Assembly (NCBI GenBank): GCA_963791565.1
Contig: CAWBSX010000004.1
Location: 372,601 to 436,600 of the forward strand
Direction: 5' to 3'
Length of the DNA stretch: 64,000 nt
DNA from: an uncultured Verrucomicrobiae bacterium
GTDB lineage: Bacteria > Verrucomicrobiota > Verrucomicrobiia > Chthoniobacterales > UBA10450
In this document: positions 58,728 through 64,000 of the stretch, piece after piece
How positions within the stretch are numbered: the first letter of the stretch is position 1
Layout of the letters: every line of letters starts with the position of its first letter
Position numbers and translations under genes: made by a program
The notes under the pieces: model-generated
The model's database searches: none
The model's input: only the letters and a program-made list of their open reading frames with translations
What the model was told of the DNA's origin: nothing

Positions 58728-60163
58728 TGCGCGATCGTCGCATCGAGTTCATTCTGGTCCTGTGCGCCGCCGTCATGATTGGCGCGCGGATTTTTGGACC
58801 AAGCGCGTTGCAGCGACAGGATCAACCCCGCACTGCTTCCTACACGGCCGACATCGCGGCGAATGATCGTTGGCTGCTACCGCGCGACATGCTCGGCAAC
58901 ACCGCCACGAAACCGCCGCTGGTGAATTGGTTGGCCGCGCCACTGCTTAAGCTGGGTTTCTGGACGGAATTCGCGGTGAAATTACCAATGCTGCTCGCCA
59001 GCCTCGCGACACTCGCGCTCACAATCTGGTTCGCCAACCATTCGTTAGGCAATCGCGATCTCGCCTACCTCGCCGGCATCGTCTGGCTGGTGAATCCCGC
59101 GAACATCAACATGATTTACCATTGCCGGCCCGATCCGGTGCTGATCGCGTTTCTCACCGCCGCGTGGATTCTCGCGACGCGAATCATTCGCGACGAAAAT
59201 CCGGCGCGTGGAATCGTCGCCGGTTTTTGGATTTGCGTCGGACTAGCCGGCCTAACGAAAGGTCCAGCCGCACTCGTTGCGGTCATTTATCTTCCACTGG
59301 CGGCGCGTTTGATCGGCGGGCGTTGGTCAACCGCCAATCGCAGCCAGTGGTGGTGGGGCCTTCCGCTGGCCGCGGCAATTTTCTGCGCGTGGGCCATTCC
59401 GTGCGCCCTTCGTTATCCGGACGCCTTCTACAAAACGCTCGTCGGTCACGAGCTGCTCGCGCACTCCTTAGGCCTCGGCCAGCAATTCGGTAACAATCAT
59501 CTCACGAGCGAAGGACCAATCGCCGCGTTGAAATTGATCTGGCAGAATCCGGTCTGGTTCGTCACGCGATTTGCGCCGTGGTCATTAGCTACCGTGGCCG
59601 CACTCATCGTCATCGGCGCGCGCCAGTGGTTCCGTCATGAACTCGCGCCGGCCATTCTTTGGTTGCTCGTCGTTCTGTGTTTCTTCGCGCTCTCCGCGCA
59701 CAAAACGGCCGATTACATTCAGCCTGCATTTCCGGCCGCCGCTATTCTCGCCGCCTGGTTCTTTCAATATCTTCGCGTTCCGTTACGCATCGTCGCGATC
59801 GCATCACTTCTCTTTGCCATCGGACTCGCGCTGCATTTCGTTTTCCTCAGCAATTTCTCGCGCGATCGGCGCGGCGAAGATGTAAAAGCCTTCGCGCGTG
59901 ATGTGAGTGCCATCGTCCACGACGATCCGGTTGTTTTCGCCGGCACCGGCTACAACACGCTCGAATTATTTCTGCGTCGTTGTCAGCCGAGCATGTTGCC
60001 GTCGGCGGAAGAAAAGGCGCGGGCGAAATGGATGGTGGCGCCGTTGTTGCCGGGAATTCCGGCGGAAATTGTTTCGAAGCGATTACCAACCGCGCCGATT
60101 TCGCGCAGTGTTATTCTCGGTTTGTATCCGATGGATCGGGTGCGAGATCGCATCGAGAAATGA
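58727..60163 (+). CDS. polytopic membrane protein, putative GT-C glycosyltransferase (GT39/ArnT-like)
   Basis: 478 aa, more than 10 hydrophobic segments. GTG start overlapping the previous stop (TAGTG). The family assignment is weak. Confidence 0.4.
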   Translation: MRDRRIEFILVLCAAVMIGARIFGPSALQRQDQPRTASYTADIAANDRWLLPRDMLGNTATKPPLVNWLAAPLLKLGFWTEFAVKLPMLLASLATLALTIWFANHSLGNRDLAYLAGIVWLVNPANINMIYHCRPDPVLIAFLTAAWILATRIIRDENPARGIVAGFWICVGLAGLTKGPAALVAVIYLPLAARLIGGRWSTANRSQWWWGLPLAAAIFCAWAIPCALRYPDAFYKTLVGHELLAHSLGLGQQFGNNHLTSEGPIAALKLIWQNPVWFVTRFAPWSLATVAALIVIGARQWFRHELAPAILWLLVVLCFFALSAHKTADYIQPAFPAAAILAAWFFQYLRVPLRIVAIASLLFAIGLALHFVFLSNFSRDRRGEDVKAFARDVSAIVHDDPVVFAGTGYNTLELFLRRCQPSMLPSAEEKARAKWMVAPLLPGIPAEIVSKRLPTAPISRSVILGLYPMDRVRDRIEK

Positions 60164-62970
60164 CTTCGATCGAAAAGAAATTGCGGACCGCAGATTGCGA
60201 TGTCGCCTTCGACAATCTTACGCGCCAACTCTTCGCCAGCGATGCCTCCTTATATCAAATCGAACCGCTCGGCGTCGCATATCCGCGCAGTCCGCAGCAG
60301 GCGCGCTCGATCATAACTACCGCGGCCGAGGCCGGCATCTCCGTCATTCCGCGCGGCGCCGGCAGCGGACTTTCTGGCGGCGCGATTGGCGATGGATTGA
60401 TCGTCGATTTCTCGCGCTTCAATCGCGAGATCAGTGCGTTTGATTTGGAGAAACGAACGGTGCGCATCGGTGCCGGCGTCGTGCTCGATCAACTCAACGC
60501 CTTCTTGAAGCCACACGGCTTTTGTTTTGGTCCGGACGTAGCGACGAGTTCGCGCGCCACGCTCGGCGGCATGATCGCGAACAATTCTTCCGGCGCGCGT
60601 GTGCCGGTTTACGGCACGACGGCTGATCATGTCGTCGCGCTCGAAGTGGTCCTGGCTGATGGCCGGATTGAAAACATTTCGACGAACAACCACTCGTTAG
60701 GCGCGGAACACCAATTCATCGCGCAGCTCGTGCAGCGTCACGCCGCTGACATCGCGGAATGGATGCCGCCGGGAATGTTGAAACGCTGGAGCGGCTATGG
60801 GCTCGCGCGTTTTCTTAATGAGCCGAACGACTTAACGGAGATCTTTTCGGCGAGTGAAGGAACGCTCGGCGCGATTTGTTCTGCCGAACTCAACATCGTG
60901 CCACTGCCGCGGGAAAAAGGTTTGGGCCTGGTGTTTTTCGCGTCGGTCGCCGAGGCGATGCAAGCGACGGTCGAATTGCTGGACCTCAAGCCATCGGCCA
61001 TCGAGCACATCGACAAGCCACTCTTCGATCAGACGAAGGGTCAGCTTCTTTTCCAGGCCGCGCGCGATTTGATGGAGCTCGATACGAAACCGTGCGAAGC
61101 GATCTTGATCGTCGAATTCTACGAAGATGTCGCCGCGTGCCTAACGACACTCGCATCGAAACAGCTCGGGCTTCGCACCTTGATCTGCAAAAACGCGGCG
61201 GAGATGAATCTCATCTGGGCGATGCGCAAAGCCGGATTGTCGCTCCTGACCGGCCGGGTCGGTCCCGCGAAGCCGGTGGCTTTCATCGAAGATGCCGCCA
61301 TTCCACCGCACAAGCTGCCGGAATACGTCGCGGGCTTGAGATCGCTCATGGATCCGCTCGGTCTCGAGGTTTGTTATTACGGCCACGCCGCCACCGGACT
61401 ATTACACGTGCGGCCGGTGCTCGATCTGCGGCGAGCAGATGACCTGCGGAAGTATCGGCAAATCGCCGACGGAGTTTCAGCACTCGTTAGGCAATTCAAA
61501 GGCTCGCTCGCCGGTGAGCACGGCGTGGGCATCGCGCGGACTGAATACATGCGCGCACAAGTGGGCGACGAATTGTTCGGTGTCATGCGCGAGATCAAGC
61601 GCCTCTTCGATCCGAAGAATCTTTTTAATCCGGGGAAATTGATCGGCGACGGCGAATTCAAAGTCGATTCGCATTTGCGCAGCACCTACACCTCGCATCC
61701 GACGCTGCCGTTTGAACCACGCCTCGCGTTCGCGTTTAAAGATGGTTCGTTCATCGGCAATCTCGAGCAGTGCAATGGCTGCGGCGGGTGTCGCAAAGAT
61801 GCGCCGACGATGTGTCCAACTTTCCTCGCTACCGGTGAGGAATACATGTCGACGCGCGGTCGCGCCAATGCCATCCGCGCCGCGCTGGAATTGCGCACGG
61901 ACAATCATGATCCCCTGCGCGCGCATGAGTTGGAAAAAGCGCTGAGCAACTGTCTTTCGTGCAAAGCTTGCACGACGGAGTGTCCGTCGAACGTCAATCT
62001 GGCATTGCTCAAGGCCGAGCTGCTTTATGCGCGCCACCGACGCGATGGTTTGCCGCTGCGCGAACGAATGCTGAGTGCGGTGGACTTGTTAAGCAAGCTC
62101 GGTTGTCTCGCTCCGCGTCTGGCCAACGCCACGCTGGAAAATCGATTCGTGCGCGGGTTGATGCAGAACTCGTTAGGCATTTCGGCGAAACGACCCTTGC
62201 CGCATTATGCGCGGGAGCGTTTCGATAAATGGTTCGTGAAACATTCGCCGACGAAAACGACGCGAGGGCGTGTGATTCTTTGGGATGACACCTTCGTCCG
62301 CTATCATGAACCGAACATCGGCATCGCCGCCGTAACGGTTCTGGAGTCGTTAGGCTTCGAAGTTGCGCTGGCGAAGAATCGGAAATGCTGCGGACGTCCG
62401 GCGTTCAGTCAGGGAAACATCGATGAAGCCAAACGGCTCGGTCAGCATAATCTCGCGCTGCTGAAGGGATCCGACGCACCGATTCTGTTTCTGGAACCTT
62501 CGTGTTACTCAATGTTCGCGGAAGATTATCGCGAGATGAATTTGACCGACGCGGTGGCCGTTGCGCCACGCGCATTTCTCTTCGAACGATTCGTCGAAGA
62601 CATTCTCGAACGCGAACCGAATGCGTTGCACCTCAAGCAAACCGCGGGACACGTCGCAATCCATGCGCATTGTCACGCCAAAGCGCTGATGAAGCCCGAC
62701 TTTATGAAGCAGCTCGCGCAACGTTTGCCCGGCAGAAAGGTGGAGCTACTCGACACCGGCTGCTGCGGAATGGCGGGCGCATTTGGCGCGCTGGAATCAA
62801 AATACGAATTATCGCTACAAGTGGCGGAACCACTCGTTAGGCAAGTTGAGGCGCAACCGAACGAGACGACAATCGTCGCCTCTGGCACGAGTTGCCGTCA
62901 TCAAATCGAACATCTCACGACCGCCAAGCCGCAGCACATGGCAGAGTTACTGGCCGATGCCTTAGTCTGA
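60160..62970 (+). CDS. FAD-linked oxidase fused to 4Fe-4S and CCG (heterodisulfide-reductase-like) domains, YdiJ/GlcD-GlcF-fusion type
   Basis: Start set at MTSIEKKL (ATGA overlap with the upstream gene). FAD-binding PCMH domain (PRGAGSGLSGGA), then C-x2-C-x2-C-x3-CP clusters (CNGCGGCRKDAPTMCP, CLSCKACTTECP), and two CCG-like regions (CCGRP, GCCGMAG). Confidence 0.8.
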   Translation: MTSIEKKLRTADCDVAFDNLTRQLFASDASLYQIEPLGVAYPRSPQQARSIITTAAEAGISVIPRGAGSGLSGGAIGDGLIVDFSRFNREISAFDLEKRTVRIGAGVVLDQLNAFLKPHGFCFGPDVATSSRATLGGMIANNSSGARVPVYGTTADHVVALEVVLADGRIENISTNNHSLGAEHQFIAQLVQRHAADIAEWMPPGMLKRWSGYGLARFLNEPNDLTEIFSASEGTLGAICSAELNIVPLPREKGLGLVFFASVAEAMQATVELLDLKPSAIEHIDKPLFDQTKGQLLFQAARDLMELDTKPCEAILIVEFYEDVAACLTTLASKQLGLRTLICKNAAEMNLIWAMRKAGLSLLTGRVGPAKPVAFIEDAAIPPHKLPEYVAGLRSLMDPLGLEVCYYGHAATGLLHVRPVLDLRRADDLRKYRQIADGVSALVRQFKGSLAGEHGVGIARTEYMRAQVGDELFGVMREIKRLFDPKNLFNPGKLIGDGEFKVDSHLRSTYTSHPTLPFEPRLAFAFKDGSFIGNLEQCNGCGGCRKDAPTMCPTFLATGEEYMSTRGRANAIRAALELRTDNHDPLRAHELEKALSNCLSCKACTTECPSNVNLALLKAELLYARHRRDGLPLRERMLSAVDLLSKLGCLAPRLANATLENRFVRGLMQNSLGISAKRPLPHYARERFDKWFVKHSPTKTTRGRVILWDDTFVRYHEPNIGIAAVTVLESLGFEVALAKNRKCCGRPAFSQGNIDEAKRLGQHNLALLKGSDAPILFLEPSCYSMFAEDYREMNLTDAVAVAPRAFLFERFVEDILEREPNALHLKQTAGHVAIHAHCHAKALMKPDFMKQLAQRLPGRKVELLDTGCCGMAGAFGALESKYELSLQVAEPLVRQVEAQPNETTIVASGTSCRHQIEHLTTAKPQHMAELLADALV

Positions 62971-62995
62971 CAATTGTCATCGCCTAACGAGTGAT

Positions 62996-64000
62996 TCAGA
63001 ACGGAATTTTTATTCCGAGATTCTTAACCAGGAACGAAAGTTGATCGGTCACATCTTCGATCACTTTCGAAGTCGGCTTGCCCGCACCATGTCCGGCGCG
63101 TGTTTCGATGCGAATCAAAACCGGGGCTGGTCCGGCTTGATCGGCTTGCAGCGTGGCAGCGAACTTGAAGCTGTGTCCGGGAAAAACGCGGTCGTCGTGA
63201 TCGGCGGTCGAGACCAGAGTGGGCGGATATTTCGTTCCCGGTTTGATGTTATGCAGCGGCGAATATTTGTAGATCGCCTTGAATTGCTCCGGATCATCCG
63301 ACGAGCCGTAGTCGCTCGCCCACGCCCAGCCGATGGTGAATTTCTGGAAACGCAGCATGTCCATCACGCCGACGGCTGGTAACGTCGCGCCCCAGAGATC
63401 GGGACGTTGCGTAAGCGCGGCACCGACCAGCAAACCACCATTGCTGCGTCCGCTGATCGCGAGCTTCGGCGTGGAAGTATATTTGTTCGCGATCAGCCAT
63501 TCGCCGGCGGCGATGAAATCATCGAAGACATTTTGCTTTTGCAATTTCGTTCCAGCGAGATGCCATTCCTCGCCGTACTCGCCGCCGCCGCGCAAATTCG
63601 CGACTGCATAAATACCGCCCATATCGAGCCAGGTGGCCGCGTAGGGTGAGAATGTCGGCACGCTGGAAAGATCGAATCCGCCGTAGCCGTAAAGGATGGT
63701 TGGATTGTTGCCGTTTTTCTTCAGATCTTTGCGATGGGTCAGGAACATCGGCACGCGCGTGCCGTCTTTGCTTTTGTAGAAAACCTGTTCGGTCGTGTAG
63801 TCGTCCGATTTGAAATCGATCTTCGGTTGAAACAGGACGCTGCTCTTACCACTCGTTAGGTCGCAGCGGAAAATCGTCGGCGGCTGCGTGTAGCTGACAT
63901 AACTGTAGAAGGTCTCCTTGTCCTTGCGCTTGCCCGTGAGTCCGCCGGCGGTGCCGAGACCGGGCAAGGCGATTTCGCCCGCGGGTTTGCCCGTGAGATC
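62996..64000 (-). CDS. prolyl oligopeptidase (S9A) catalytic domain; N-terminus beyond the window end
   Basis: GGEYGEEWH..., nucleophile GRSNGGLLVGA, ...TADHDDRVFPGHSFKF...RAGHGAG. The ORF is open to the window edge. Confidence 0.85.
   Translation of the reverse strand, partial: DLTGKPAGEIALPGLGTAGGLTGKRKDKETFYSYVSYTQPPTIFRCDLTSGKSSVLFQPKIDFKSDDYTTEQVFYKSKDGTRVPMFLTHRKDLKKNGNNPTILYGYGGFDLSSVPTFSPYAATWLDMGGIYAVANLRGGGEYGEEWHLAGTKLQKQNVFDDFIAAGEWLIANKYTSTPKLAISGRSNGGLLVGAALTQRPDLWGATLPAVGVMDMLRFQKFTIGWAWASDYGSSDDPEQFKAIYKYSPLHNIKPGTKYPPTLVSTADHDDRVFPGHSFKFAATLQADQAGPAPVLIRIETRAGHGAGKPTSKVIEDVTDQLSFLVKNLGIKIPF

Noticed and set aside
62970-62996. A small AT-rich hairpin CGGAAT-tttt-ATTCCG between the convergent oxidase and prolyl oligopeptidase genes
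   Set aside because: It has only 6 bp and no flanking U-tract on either strand. Too weak to call a terminator.
1-64000. The 11-mer as a CRISPR repeat, an IS terminal inverted repeat, or a REP/MITE element
   Set aside because: The copies have no regular spacing and no spacer structure. They carry no flanking inverted partners and no target-site duplications. They are embedded in frame in conserved protein-coding sequence, including essential-looking genes. This fits a selected oligonucleotide word, not a mobile repeat.
1-64000. TTAGGC within the word equals the nematode telomere repeat
   Set aside because: This is a coincidental hexamer. It is never tandemly repeated, and the conserved unit is the full 9-11-mer.

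Overview
This is a 64-kb window of a high-GC (~60%) bacterial chromosome. Gene content suggests an Acidobacteria-like soil bacterium (four tandem ADOP-type duplicated FtsX permeases, a PEP-CTERM protein, a Lys/Ala-tailed L17); this is inference only. I can support about 55 protein genes and no rRNA, tRNA, CRISPR array or IS element. Recognisable units:
- an ABC-transporter operon at the window start, whose large permease gene (1..2004, minus strand) is missing from the supplied ORF track;
- an ECF sigma / anti-sigma / LTXXQ (CpxP-like) module;
- an MBL / small membrane protein / LLM-oxidoreductase operon;
- four tandem ~810-825-aa ADOP permeases with no ATPase partner;
- a DEAD-box helicase;
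- a sulfur-trafficking trio (MBL-rhodanese fusion, SseA-type sulfurtransferase, SufE-like protein);
- carB, PPIase, N-carbamoylputrescine amidase, Cu/Zn SOD, an SPFH protein, a YhaM-like HD exonuclease;
- rpoA-rplQ, a LemA/TPM/TPM operon, an AI-2E transporter, scpB, glmM;
- a sigma-54 activator, a sulfatase-like transferase, an S9 peptidase;
- a PEP-CTERM protein next to a ~1330-aa astacin/beta-helix protein;
- kynA followed by a methyltransferase and an amidohydrolase, and a YdiJ-like FAD/FeS oxidase.

Two features stand out.
1) An 11-nt non-palindromic word, GCCTAACGAGT and its complement ACTCGTTAGGC, is hyper-abundant. By eye I count about 60 exact copies of the 9-mer core and about 90 with one-mismatch variants, balanced between strands. 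Copies lie inside genes in the frames that tolerate its embedded TAG/TAA, at gene ends where they supply the stop codon, and in short intergenic spacers. It forces rare TTA and AGG codons. It looks like a DNA-uptake-sequence-type genomic word, or else an unexplained genome-wide punctuation element.
2) Plus/minus-1 frameshifts are strikingly clustered. There are at least 12 in carB, at least 6 in kynA, two in rpoA and single ones in four other genes, while about 10 kb of ADOP genes are clean. This is either local sequence-quality collapse or real pseudogenisation.
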